This document shows positions 18,230-27,665 of a DNA stretch of 32,403 bases, in pieces (position 1 is the stretch's first letter; each line of letters starts with the position of its first letter). Both the position numbers and the translations under genes were made by a program. The notes below the pieces were generated by a model. That model saw nothing but the letters and a program-made list of their open reading frames with translations. It did no database searches and had not been told where the DNA came from. Origin of the DNA: a virus (Duplodnaviria; Heunggongvirae; Uroviricota; Caudoviricetes); the IMG/VR virus record IMGVR_UViG_2675903336_000004. One strand, given 5' to 3'.

Positions 18230-19255
18230 ATGTCGATGTACACAACCGCCCAGCTGCTGGCGGCAAATGAGCAGAAATTTAAGTTTGATCCGCTGTTTCT
18301 GCGTCTCTTTTTCCGTGAGAGCTATCCCTTCACTACGGAGAAAGTCTATCTCTCACAAATTCCGGGACTGGTAAACATGGCGCTGTACGTTTCGCCGATT
18401 GTTTCCGGTGAGGTTATCCGTTCCCGTGGCGGCTCCACCTCTGAATTTACGCCGGGATATGTCAAACCCAAGCATGAGGTGAATCCGCAGATGACCCTGC
18501 GTCGCCTGCCGGATGAAGATCCGCAGAATCTGGCGGACCCGGCTTACCGCCGCCGTCGCATCATCATGCAGAACATGCGTGACGAAGAGCTGGCCATTGC
18601 TCAGGTCGAAGAGATGCAGGCAGTTTCTGCCGTGCTCAAGGGCAAATACACCATGACCGGTGAAGCCTTCGATCCGGTTGAGGTGGATATGGGCCGCAGT
18701 GCGGCGAACAACATCACACAGTCCGGCGTCACGGAGTGGAGCAAGCGTGACAAGTCCACGTATGACCCGACCGACGATATCGAAGCCTACGCGCTGAACG
18801 CCAGCGGTGTGGTGAATATCATCGTGTTTGACCCGAAAGGCTGGGCGCTGTTCCGTTCCTTCAAAGCCGTCAAGGAGAAGCTGGATACCCGTCGCGGCTC
18901 TCATTCCGAGCTGGAGACAGCGGTAAAAGACCTGGGCAAAGCGGTGTCCTATAAGGGAATGTATGGCGATGTGGCCATCGTCGTGTATTCCGGACAGTAC
19001 GTGGAAAACGGCGTCAAAAAGAACTTCCTGCCGGACAACACGATGGTGCTGGGGAACACTCAGGCTCGCGGTCTGCGCACCTATGGCTGCATTCAGGATG
19101 CGGACGCACAGCGCGAAGGCATTAACGCTTCTGCCCGTTACCCGAAAAACTGGGTGACCACCGGCGATCCGGCGCGTGAGTTCACCATGATTCAGTCAGC
19201 ACCGCTGATGCTGCTGGCTGATCCTGATGAGTTCGTGTCCGTTCAACTGGCGTAA
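18230..19255 (+). CDS. E: major capsid protein E
   Basis: MSMYTTAQLLAANEQKFKFDPLFLRLFFRESYPF... to ...DEFVSVQLA matches lambda gpE (341 aa). The track ORF has a spurious 9-codon upstream extension. Confidence 0.95.
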   Translation: MSMYTTAQLLAANEQKFKFDPLFLRLFFRESYPFTTEKVYLSQIPGLVNMALYVSPIVSGEVIRSRGGSTSEFTPGYVKPKHEVNPQMTLRRLPDEDPQNLADPAYRRRRIIMQNMRDEELAIAQVEEMQAVSAVLKGKYTMTGEAFDPVEVDMGRSAANNITQSGVTEWSKRDKSTYDPTDDIEAYALNASGVVNIIVFDPKGWALFRSFKAVKEKLDTRRGSHSELETAVKDLGKAVSYKGMYGDVAIVVYSGQYVENGVKKNFLPDNTMVLGNTQARGLRTYGCIQDADAQREGINASARYPKNWVTTGDPAREFTMIQSAPLMLLADPDEFVSVQLA

Positions 19256-19296
19256 TCATGGCCCTTCGGGGCCATTTTCTCTCTGTGGAGGAGTTC

Positions 19297-19695
19297 ATGA
19301 CGAAAGATGAACTGATTGCCCGTCTTCAGGAGCTGGGTGAGCAATTGAACCGCGATGTCAGTTTGACGGGAACGAAAGAAGAACTGGCGCTTCGTGTGGC
19401 AGAGCTGGAAGAAGAGCTTGATGACACGGATGAAACTGCCGGTCAGGACACCCCTCTCAGCCGGGAAAATGTGCTGACCGGGCATGAAAATGAGGTGGTA
19501 TCAGCGCAGCCGGATACCGTGATTCAGGATACGGCTGAACTGGTCACGGTCGTGGCACTGGTGACGCTGCATACTGATGCACTTCACGCCACGCGGGATA
19601 AACCTGTGGCATTTGTGCTGCCGGGAACGGCGTTTCGTGTCTCTGCCGGTGTGGCAGCCGAAATGACAGAGCGCGGCCTGGCCAGAATGCAATAA
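19297..19695 (+). CDS. FI: DNA-packaging protein FI
   Basis: MTKDELIARLQELGEQLNRDVSLTGTKEELALRVAELEEE... matches lambda gpFI. RBS GGAGGAG. Confidence 0.93.
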   Translation: MTKDELIARLQELGEQLNRDVSLTGTKEELALRVAELEEELDDTDETAGQDTPLSRENVLTGHENEVVSAQPDTVIQDTAELVTVVALVTLHTDALHATRDKPVAFVLPGTAFRVSAGVAAEMTERGLARMQ

Positions 19696-19706
19696 CGGGA
19701 GGCGCT

Positions 19707-20060
19707 GTGGCTGATTTCGATAACCTGTTCGATGCTGCCATTGCCCGCGCCGATGAAACGATACGCGGGTACATGGGAACGTCAGCCACCATGACATCCG
19801 GTGAGCAGTCAGGTGCGGTGATACGTGGTGTTTTTGATGACCCTGAAAATATCAGCTATGCCGGACAGGGCGTGCGCGTTGAAGGCTCCAGCCCGTCCCT
19901 GTTTGTCCGGACTGATGAGGTGCGGCAGCTGCGGCGTGGAGACACGCTGACCATCGGTGAGGAAAATTTCTGGGTAGATCGGGTTTCGCCGGATGATGGC
20001 GGAAGTTGTCATCTCTGGCTTGGACGGGGCGTACCGCCTGCCGTTAACCGTCGCCGCTGA
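19707..20060 (+). CDS. FII: head-tail joining protein FII
   Basis: MADFDNLFDAAIARADETIRGYMGTSATMTSGEQSGAVIRG... matches lambda gpFII (117 aa). Confidence 0.93.
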   Translation: MADFDNLFDAAIARADETIRGYMGTSATMTSGEQSGAVIRGVFDDPENISYAGQGVRVEGSSPSLFVRTDEVRQLRRGDTLTIGEENFWVDRVSPDDGGSCHLWLGRGVPPAVNRRR

Positions 20061-20071
20061 AAGGGGGATGT

Positions 20072-20697
20072 ATGGCCATAAAAGGTCTTGAGCAGGCCGT
20101 TGAAAACCTCAGCCGTATCAGCAAAACGGCGGTGCCCGGTGCCGCCGCAATGGCCATTAACCGCGTTGCTTCATCCGCGATATCGCAGTCTGCGTCACAG
20201 GTTGCCCGTGAGACAAAGGTACGCCGGAAACTGGTAAAGGAAAGGGNNNNNNNNNNNNNNNNNNNNNNNNNNNNNNNNNNNNNNNNNNNNNNNNNNNNNN
20301 NNNNNNNNNNNNNNNNNNNNNNNNNNNNNNNNNNNNNNNNNNNNNNNNNNNNNNNNNNNNNNNNNNNNNNNNNNNNNNNNNNNNNNNNNNNNNNNNNNNN
20401 NNNNNNNNNNNNNNNNNNNNNNNNNNNNNNNNNNNNNNNNNNNNNNNNNNNNNNNNNNNNNNNNNNNNNNNNNNNNNNNNNNNNNNNNNNNNNNNNNNNN
20501 NNNNNNNNNNNNNNNNNNNNNNNNNNNNNNNNNNNNCCGGGAAAAACCGTTACCCCATTGATGTGGTGAAAATCCCGATGGCGGTGCCGCTGACCACGGC
20601 GTTTAAACAGAATATTGAACGGATACGGCGTGAACGTCTTCCGAAAGAGCTGGGCTATGCGCTGCAGCATCAACTGAGAATGGTAATAAAGCGATGA
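20072..20697 (+). CDS. Z: tail completion protein Z (contains masked gap 20247-20536)
   Basis: N-terminus MAIKGLEQAVENLSRISKTAVPGAAAMAINRVASS... before the gap. After the gap the frame ending at TGA 20695-20697 encodes ...[49 protein letters not shown]. The gap length breaks the apparent frame. Confidence 0.85.
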
Positions 20698-21089
20698 AAC
20701 ATACTGAACTCCGTGCAGCCGTACTGGATGCACTGGAGAAGCATGACACCGGGGCGACGCTTTTTGATGGTCGCCCCGCTGTTTTTGATGAGGAAGATTT
20801 TCCGGCAATTGCCGTTTATCTCACCGGCGCTGAATACACGGGCGAAGAGCTGGACAGCGATACCTGGCAGGCGGAGCTGCATATTGAAGTTTTCCTGCCT
20901 GCTCAGGTGCCGGATTCAGAGCTGGATTCGTGGATGGAGTCCCGGATTTATCCGGTGATGAGCGATATCCCGGCACTGTCAGATTTGATCACCAGTATGG
21001 TGGCCAGCGGCTATGACTACCGGCGCGACGATGATGCGGGCCTGTGGAGTTCAGCCGATCTGACTTATGTCATTATCTATGAAATGTGA
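20694..21089 (+). CDS. U: tail terminator protein U
   Basis: [52 protein letters not shown]... matches lambda gpU (131 aa). Confidence 0.95.
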   Translation: MKHTELRAAVLDALEKHDTGATLFDGRPAVFDEEDFPAIAVYLTGAEYTGEELDSDTWQAELHIEVFLPAQVPDSELDSWMESRIYPVMSDIPALSDLITSMVASGYDYRRDDDAGLWSSADLTYVIIYEM

Positions 21090-21096
21090 GGACGCT

Positions 21097-21837
21097 ATGC
21101 CTGTACCAAATCCTACAATGCCGGTGAAAGGTGCCGGGACCACCCTGTGGGTTTATAAGGGGAGCGGTGACCCTTATGCGAACCCGCTTTCAGACGTTGA
21201 CTGGTCGCGTCTGGCAAAAGTTAAAGACCTGACGCCCGGCGAACTGACCGCTGAGTCCTATGACGACAGCTATCTCGATGATGAAGATGCAGACTGGACT
21301 GCGACCGGGCAGGGGCAGAAATCTGCCGGAGATACCAGCTTCACGCTGGCGTGGATGCCCGGAGAGCAGGGGCAGCAGGCGCTGCTGGCGTGGTTTAATG
21401 AAGGTGATACCCGTGCCTATAAAATCCGCTTCCCGAACGGCACGGTCGATGTGTTCCGTGGCTGGGTCAGCAGTATCGGTAAGGCGGTGACGGCGAAGGA
21501 GGTGATTACCCGCACGGTGAAGGTCACCAATGTGGGACGTCCGTCGATGGCAGAAGATCGCAGCACGGTGACGGCGACGACCGGCATGACGGTGACACCC
21601 GCCAGTGCTTCCGTAGTGAAAGGGCAGAGCACCACGCTGACCGTGGCATTCCAGCCGGATGGCGCAACCGACAAGAGCTTCCGTGCGGTGTCTGCGGATA
21701 AAACAAAAGCCACCGTGTCGGTCAGTGGTATGACCATCACCGTGAAAGGTGTTGCTGCAGGCAAGGTCAACATTCCGGTCGTATCTGGTAATGGTGAGTT
21801 TGCTGCGGTTGCAGAAATCAACGTCACCGCCAGTTAA
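21097..21837 (+). CDS. V: major tail tube protein V
   Basis: [42 protein letters not shown]... matches lambda gpV, including the C-terminal Ig-like domain. RBS GAGGA. Confidence 0.95.
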   Translation: MPVPNPTMPVKGAGTTLWVYKGSGDPYANPLSDVDWSRLAKVKDLTPGELTAESYDDSYLDDEDADWTATGQGQKSAGDTSFTLAWMPGEQGQQALLAWFNEGDTRAYKIRFPNGTVDVFRGWVSSIGKAVTAKEVITRTVKVTNVGRPSMAEDRSTVTATTGMTVTPASASVVKGQSTTLTVAFQPDGATDKSFRAVSADKTKATVSVSGMTITVKGVAAGKVNIPVVSGNGEFAAVAEINVTAS

Positions 21838-21852
21838 TCCGGAGAGTCAGCG

Positions 21853-22275
21853 ATGTTCCTGAAAACCGAATCATTTGAACATAACGGTGTGACCGTCACG
21901 CTTTCTGAACTGTCAGCCCTGCAGCGTATTGAGCATCTCGACCTGATGAAACGGCAGGCAGAACAGGCGGAGTCAGACAGCAACCGGAAGTTTACTGTGG
22001 AAGACGCCATCAGAACCGGCGCTTTTGTGGTTGCGATGTCCCTGTGGCATAACCATCCGAAGAAGACGCAGATGCCGTCCATGAATGAAGCCGTTAAACA
22101 GATTGAGCAGGAAGTGCTTACCACCTGGCCCACAGAGGCAATTTCTCATGCTGAAAACGTGGTGTACCGGCTGTCCGGTATGTATGAGTTTGTGGTGAAT
22201 GATGCTCCTGAACAGGCAGAGGACGCCGGGCCTGCAGAGCCTGTTTCTGCGGGAAAGTGTTCGACGGTGAGCTGA
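21853..22275 (+). CDS. G: tail assembly chaperone G
   Basis: MFLKTESFEHNGVTVTLSELSALQRIEHLDLMKRQAEQAESD... matches lambda gpG (140 aa). Confidence 0.95.
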   Translation: MFLKTESFEHNGVTVTLSELSALQRIEHLDLMKRQAEQAESDSNRKFTVEDAIRTGAFVVAMSLWHNHPKKTQMPSMNEAVKQIEQEVLTTWPTEAISHAENVVYRLSGMYEFVVNDAPEQAEDAGPAEPVSAGKCSTVS

Positions 22276-22691
22276 GTTTTGCCCTGAAACTGGCGCGTGA
22301 GATGGGGCGACCCGACTGGCGCGCCATGCTTGCCGGGATGTCATCCACGGAGTATGCCGACTGGCACCGCTTTTACAGTACCCATTATTTTCATGATGTT
22401 CTGCTGGATATGCACTTTTCCGGGCTGACGTACACCGTGCTCAGCCTGTTTTTCAGCGATCCGGAGATGCATCCGCTGGATTTCAGTCTGCTGAACCGGC
22501 GCGAGGCTGACGAAGAGCCTGAAGATGATGTGCTGATGCAGAAAGCGGCAGGGCTTGCCGGAGGTGTCCGCTTTGGCCCGGACGGGAATGAAGTTATCCC
22601 CGCTTCCCCGGATGTGGCGGACATGACGGAGGATGACGTAATGCTGATGACAGTATCAGAAGGGATCGCAGGAGGAGTCCGGTATGGCTGA
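21853..22691 (+). CDS. T: tail assembly protein G-T fusion via programmed -1 ribosomal frameshift (slippery site 22251-22257)
   Basis: Slippery heptamer G GGA AAG at 22251-22257 near the 3' end of G. The -1 frame continues as the T ORF (...FDGELSFALKLAREMGRPDWRAMLAGMSSTEYADWHRFY...) ending at 22691, as in lambda. Confidence 0.85.
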
Positions 22692-25263
22692 ACCGGTAGG
22701 CGATCTGGTCGTTGATTTGAGTCTGGATGCGGCCAGATTTGACGAGCAGATGGCCAGAGTCAGGCGTCATTTTTCCGGTACGGAAAGTGATGCGAAAAAA
22801 ACAGCGGCAGTCGTTGAACAGTCGCTGAGCCGACAGGCGCTGGCTGCACAGAAAGCGGGGATTTCCGTCGGGCAGTATAAAGCCGCCATGCGTATGCTGC
22901 CTGCACAGTTCACCGACGTGGCCACGCAGCTTGCAGGGGGGCAGAATCCCTGGCTGATCCTGCTGCAACAGGGTGGTCAGGTTAAGGACTCCTTCGGCGG
23001 GATGATCCCCATGTTCAGGGGGCTTGCCGGCGCGATCACCCTGCCGATGGTGGGGGCCACCTCGCTGGCGGTGGCGACCGGTGCGCTGGCGTATGCCTGG
23101 TATCAGGGCAACTCAACCCTGTCCGATTTCAACAAAACGCTGGTCCTTTCCGGTAATCAGGCGGGACTGACGGCAGATCGTATGCTGGTCCTGTCCAGAG
23201 CCGGGCAGGCGGCAGGGCTGACGTTTAACCAGACCAGCGAGTCACTCAGCGCACTGGTTAAGGCGGGGGTAAGCGGTGAGGCTCAGATTGCGTCCATCAG
23301 CCAGAGTGTGGCGCGTTTCTCCTATGCATCCGGCGTGGAGGTGGACAAGGTCGCTGAAGCCTTCGGGAAGCTGACCACAGACCCGACGTCGGGGCTGACG
23401 GCGATGGCACGCCAGTTCCATAACGTGACGGCGGAGCAGATTGCGTATGTTGCTCAGTTGCAGCGTTCCGGCGATGAAGCCGGGGCATTGCAGGCGGCGA
23501 ACGAGGCCGCAACGAAAGGGTTTGATGACCAGACCCGCCGCCTGAAAGAGAACATGGGCACGCTGGAGACCTGGGCAGACAGGACTGCACGTGCATTCAA
23601 ATCCATGTGGGATGCGGTGCTGGATATTGGTCGTCCTGATACCGCGCAGGAGATGCTGATTAAGGCAGAGGCTGCGTTTAAGAAAGCAGACGACATCTGG
23701 AATCTGCGCAAGGATGATTATTTCGTTAACGATGAAGCACGGGCGCGTTACTGGGATGATCGTGAAAAAAAACGCCTGGAGCGGGATGCAGCCCAAAAGA
23801 GGGTAGATCAACAGCGTCAACAGGACAAAAATGCGCAGCAGCAGAGCGATACCGAAGCGTCACGGCTGAAATATACCGAAGAGGCGCAGAAGGCTTACGA
23901 ACGGCTGCAGACGCCGCTGGAGAAATATACCGCCCGTCAGGAAGAACTGAACAAGGCACTGAAAGACGGAAAAATCCTGCAGGCAGATTACAACACGCTG
24001 ATGGCGGCGGCGAAAAAGGATTATGAAGCGACGCTGAAAAAGCCGAAACAGTCCGGCGTGAAGGTGTATGCGGGCGATCGTCAGGAAGACAGTGCTCATG
24101 CGGCCCTGCTGACGCTTCAGGCAGAACTCCGGACGCTGGAGAAGCATGCCGGAGCGAATGAGAAAATCAGCCAGCAGCGCCGGGATTTGTGGAAGGCAGA
24201 AAGTCAGTTCGCGGTACTGGAGGAGGCGGCACAACGTCGCCAGCTGTCCGCACAGGAGAAATCCCTGCTGGCGCATAAAGACGAGACGCTGGAGTACAAA
24301 CGCCAGCTGGCTGCACTTGGTGACAAGGTTACGTATCAGGAGCACCTGAATGCGCTGGCGCAGCAGGCGGATAAATTCGCACAGCAGCAACGGGCAAAAC
24401 GGGCAGCCATTGATGCGAAAAACCGGGGGCTGACTGACCGGCAGGCAGCGCGGGAAGCCACGGAACAGCGCCTGAAGGAACAGTATGGCGATAATCCTCT
24501 GGCGCTGAATAACGTCATGTCAGAGCAGAAAAAGACCTGGGCGGCTGAAGACCAGCTTCGCGGGAGCTGGATGGCAGGCCTGAAGTCCGGCTGGAGTGAG
24601 TGGGAAGAGAGCGCCACGGACAGTATGTCACAGGTTAAAAGTGCAGCCACGCAGACCTTTGATGGTATTGCACAGAATATGGCGGCGATGCTGACCGGCA
24701 GTGAACAGAACTGGCGCAGCTTCACCCGCTCCGTGCTGTCCATGATGACAGAAATTCTGCTTAAGCAGGCAATGGTGGGGATTGTCGGGAGTATCGGCAG
24801 CGCCATTGGCGGGGCTGTTGGTGGCGGCGCATCCGCGTCAGGTGGTACAGCNNNNNNNNNNNNNNNNNNNNNNNNNNNNNNNNNNNNNNNNNNNNNNNNN
24901 NNNNNNNNNNNNNNNNNNNNNNNNNNNNNNNNNNNNNNNNNNNNNNNNNNNNNNNNNNNNNNNNNNNNNNNNNNNNNNNNNNNNNNNNNNNNNNNNNNNN
25001 NNNNNNNNNNNNNNNNNNNNNNNNNNNNNNNNNNNNNNNNNNNNNNNNNNNNNNNNNNNNNNNNNNNNNNNNNNNNNNNNNNNNNNNNNNNNNNNNNNNN
25101 NNNNNNNNNNNNNNNNNNNNNNNTGATTCAGAACGACGGTACGAATGGTCTGCCAGGTCCACAGATGATGAAGGCCGTGTATGACATGGCCCGCAAGGGT
25201 GCCCGTGATGAAATTCAGACACAGATGCGTGATGGTGGCCTGTTCTCCGGAGGTGGACGATGA
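22684..25263 (+). CDS. H: tail tape measure protein H (contains masked gap 24852-25123)
   Basis: MAEPVGDLVVDLSLDAARFDEQMARVRRHFSGTESDAKKTAAVVEQS... is a long Ala/Gln-rich coiled-coil protein matching lambda gpH. Confidence 0.93.
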   Translation: MAEPVGDLVVDLSLDAARFDEQMARVRRHFSGTESDAKKTAAVVEQSLSRQALAAQKAGISVGQYKAAMRMLPAQFTDVATQLAGGQNPWLILLQQGGQVKDSFGGMIPMFRGLAGAITLPMVGATSLAVATGALAYAWYQGNSTLSDFNKTLVLSGNQAGLTADRMLVLSRAGQAAGLTFNQTSESLSALVKAGVSGEAQIASISQSVARFSYASGVEVDKVAEAFGKLTTDPTSGLTAMARQFHNVTAEQIAYVAQLQRSGDEAGALQAANEAATKGFDDQTRRLKENMGTLETWADRTARAFKSMWDAVLDIGRPDTAQEMLIKAEAAFKKADDIWNLRKDDYFVNDEARARYWDDREKKRLERDAAQKRVDQQRQQDKNAQQQSDTEASRLKYTEEAQKAYERLQTPLEKYTARQEELNKALKDGKILQADYNTLMAAAKKDYEATLKKPKQSGVKVYAGDRQEDSAHAALLTLQAELRTLEKHAGANEKISQQRRDLWKAESQFAVLEEAAQRRQLSAQEKSLLAHKDETLEYKRQLAALGDKVTYQEHLNALAQQADKFAQQQRAKRAAIDAKNRGLTDRQAAREATEQRLKEQYGDNPLALNNVMSEQKKTWAAEDQLRGSWMAGLKSGWSEWEESATDSMSQVKSAATQTFDGIAQNMAAMLTGSEQNWRSFTRSVLSMMTEILLKQAMVGIVGSIGSAIGGAVGGGASASGGTXXXXXXXXXXXXXXXXXXXXXXXXXXXXXXXXXXXXXXXXXXXXXXXXXXXXXXXXXXXXXXXXXXXXXXXXXXXXXXXXXXXXXXXXXXXXIQNDGTNGLPGPQMMKAVYDMARKGARDEIQTQMRDGGLFSGGGR

Positions 25264-25589
25264 AAACCTTCCGCTGGAAAGTGAAACCCGGTATGGATGT
25301 GGCTTCGGCCCCTTCTGTAAGAAAGGTGCGCTTTGGTGATGGCTATTCCCAGCGAGCGCCTGCCGGGCTGAATGCCAACCTGAAAACGTACAGCGTGACG
25401 CTTTCTGTCCCCCGTGAGGAGGCCATGGTACTGGAGTCGTTTCTGGAAGAGCACGGGGGCTGGAAAGCCTTTCTGTGGACGCCGCCTTATGAGTGGCGGC
25501 AGATAAAGGTGACCTGCGCAAAATGGTCGTCGCGGGTCAGTATGCTGCGTGTTGAGTTCAGCGCAGAGTTTGAACAGGTGGTGAACTGA
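25260..25589 (+). CDS. M: tail tip protein M
   Basis: MKTFRWKVKPGMDVASAPSVRKVRFGDGYSQRAPAGLNANLKTYSVTLSV... matches lambda gpM (109 aa). ATGA overlap with the H stop. Confidence 0.95.
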   Translation: MKTFRWKVKPGMDVASAPSVRKVRFGDGYSQRAPAGLNANLKTYSVTLSVPREEAMVLESFLEEHGGWKAFLWTPPYEWRQIKVTCAKWSSRVSMLRVEFSAEFEQVVN

Positions 25590-26287
25590 TGCAGGATATC
25601 CGGCAGGAAACACTGAATGAATGCACCCGTGCGGAGCAGTCGGCCAGCGTGGTGCTCTGGGAAATCGATCTGACAGAGGTCGGTGGAGAACGTTATTTTT
25701 TCTGTAATGAGCAGAACGAAAAAGGTGAGCCGGTCACCTGGCAGGGGCGACAGTATCAGCCGTATCCCATTCAGGGGAGTGGTTTTGAACTGAATGGCAA
25801 AGGCACCAGTACGCGCCCCACGCTGATGGTTTCTAACCTGTACGGTATGGTCACCGGGATGGCGGAAGATCTACAGAGTCTGGTCGGCGGAACGGTGGTC
25901 CGGCGTAAGGTTTACGCCCGTTTTCTGGATGCGGTGAACTTCGTCAACGGAAACAGTGACGCCGATCCGGAGCAGGAGGTGATCAGCCGCTGGCGCATTG
26001 AGCAGTGCAGCGAACTGAGCGCGGTGAGTGCCTCTTTTGTACTGTCCACGCCGACGGAAACAGATGGCGCTGTTTTTCCGGGACGTATCATGCTGGCCAA
26101 CACCTGCACCTGGACCTATCGCGGCGATGAGTGCGGTTATCACGGTCCGGCGGTCGCGGATGAATATGACCAGCCAACGTCCGACATCACGAAGGATAAA
26201 TGCAGCAAATGCCTGAGTGGCTGTAAGTTTCGCAATAACGTCGGCAACTTTGGCGGCTTCCTTTCCATTAACAAACTTTCGCAGTAA
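25589..26287 (+). CDS. L: tail tip protein L
   Basis: MQDIRQETLNECTRAEQSASVVLWEIDLTEVGGERYFFCNEQNEKGEPVTWQGRQYQ... matches lambda gpL (232 aa). Confidence 0.95.
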   Translation: MQDIRQETLNECTRAEQSASVVLWEIDLTEVGGERYFFCNEQNEKGEPVTWQGRQYQPYPIQGSGFELNGKGTSTRPTLMVSNLYGMVTGMAEDLQSLVGGTVVRRKVYARFLDAVNFVNGNSDADPEQEVISRWRIEQCSELSAVSASFVLSTPTETDGAVFPGRIMLANTCTWTYRGDECGYHGPAVADEYDQPTSDITKDKCSKCLSGCKFRNNVGNFGGFLSINKLSQ

Positions 26288-26292
26288 ATCCC

Positions 26293-27036
26293 ATGACAGA
26301 GACAGAATCAGCGATTCTGGCGCACGCCCGGCGATGTGCTCCAGCGGAGTCGTGCGGCTTCGTGGTAAGAACGCCGGAGGGGGAAAGATATTTCCCCTGC
26401 GTGAATATCTCCGGTGAGCCGGAGGCGTATTTCCGTATGTCGCCGGAAGACTGGCTGCAGGCAGAGATGCAGGGTGAGATTGTGGCACTGGTCCACAGCC
26501 ACCCCGGTGGTCTGCCCTGGCTGAGTGAGGCCGACCGGCGGCTGCAGGTGCAGAGTGATTTGCCGTGGTGGCTGGTCTGCCGGGGGGCGATTCACAAGTT
26601 CCGCTGTGTGCCACATCTTACCGGGCGGCGCTTTGAGCACGGGGTGACGGACTGTTACACGCTGTTCCGGGATGCTTACCATCTGGCGGGGATTGAGATG
26701 CCGGATTTTCATCGTGAGGATGACTGGTGGCGTCACGGTCAGAATCTCTATCTGGATAATCTGGAGGCCACAGGGCTGTATCAGGTGCCGTTGTCAGCGG
26801 CGCAGCCGGGCGATGTGCTGCTGTGCTGTTTTGGTTCATCGGTGCCGAATCATGCCGCCATTTACTGTGGTGACGGCGAGCTGCTGCACCATATTCCTGA
26901 ACAACTGAGCAAACGAGAGAGGTATACCGACAAATGGCAGCGACGCACACACTCCCTCTGGCGTCACCGGGCATGGCACGCATCTGCCTTTACGGGGATT
27001 TGCAACGATTTGGCCGCCGCATCGACCTTCGTGTGA
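26293..27036 (+). CDS. K: tail tip assembly protein K (JAMM/MPN + NlpC/P60-like), called at its long form of 247 aa
   Basis: From the classical start at 26437 (MSPEDWLQAEMQ...) it matches lambda gpK. The in-frame upstream ATG at 26293 adds 48 aa containing an E-x-CG-type element (PAESCGFVV) about 60 residues before the HSHPGGLPWLSEAD (H-x-H-x7-S-x2-D) JAMM motif. Confidence 0.85.
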   Translation: MTETESAILAHARRCAPAESCGFVVRTPEGERYFPCVNISGEPEAYFRMSPEDWLQAEMQGEIVALVHSHPGGLPWLSEADRRLQVQSDLPWWLVCRGAIHKFRCVPHLTGRRFEHGVTDCYTLFRDAYHLAGIEMPDFHREDDWWRHGQNLYLDNLEATGLYQVPLSAAQPGDVLLCCFGSSVPNHAAIYCGDGELLHHIPEQLSKRERYTDKWQRRTHSLWRHRAWHASAFTGICNDLAAASTFV

Positions 27037-27605
27037 AAACGGGTGCCGAAGCCATCCGGGCGATGGCCACACAGCTCCCTGCGTTTCGTCAGAAGCTGAG
27101 CGACGGCTGGTATCAGGTGCGTATTGCCGGGCAGGATGTTAGCACGTCCGGATTAACGGCACAGTTACATGAGGCTCTGCCTGACGGCGCTGTGATTCAT
27201 ATTGTTCCCAGAGTCGCCGGGGCCAAGTCAGGTGGTGTATTCCAGATTGTCCTGGGAGCAGCCGCCATTGCCGGATCATTCTTTACCGCCGGAGCCACCC
27301 TTGCAGCATGGGGGGCTGCCATTGGTGCCGGTGGTATGACCGGCATTCTGTTTTCTCTCGGTGCCAGTATGGTGCTCGGCGGTGTGGCTCAGATGCTGGC
27401 ACCGAAAGCCAGAACTCCCCGCACACAGACAACGGATAACGGTAAGCAGAACACCTATTTCTCCTCACTGGATAACATGGTTGCCCAGGGCAATGTTATG
27501 CCTGTTCTGTATGGTGAAATGCGCGTGGGGTCACGTGTGGTATCTCAGGAGATCAGCACGGCAGACGAAGGGGACGGTGGTCAGGTTGTGGTGATTGGTC
27601 GCTGA
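26934..27605 (+). CDS. I: tail tip assembly protein I
   Basis: MAATHTLPLASPGMARICLYGDLQRFGRRIDLRVKTGAEAIRAM... matches lambda gpI (223 aa), with the Gly/Ala-rich hydrophobic C-terminal region. Confidence 0.93.
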   Translation: MAATHTLPLASPGMARICLYGDLQRFGRRIDLRVKTGAEAIRAMATQLPAFRQKLSDGWYQVRIAGQDVSTSGLTAQLHEALPDGAVIHIVPRVAGAKSGGVFQIVLGAAAIAGSFFTAGATLAAWGAAIGAGGMTGILFSLGASMVLGGVAQMLAPKARTPRTQTTDNGKQNTYFSSLDNMVAQGNVMPVLYGEMRVGSRVVSQEISTADEGDGGQVVVIGR

Positions 27606-27665
27606 TGCAAAATGTTTTATGTGAAATCGCCTCCGGGCGGTTTTATCGTTTATGGAGCATGACGA

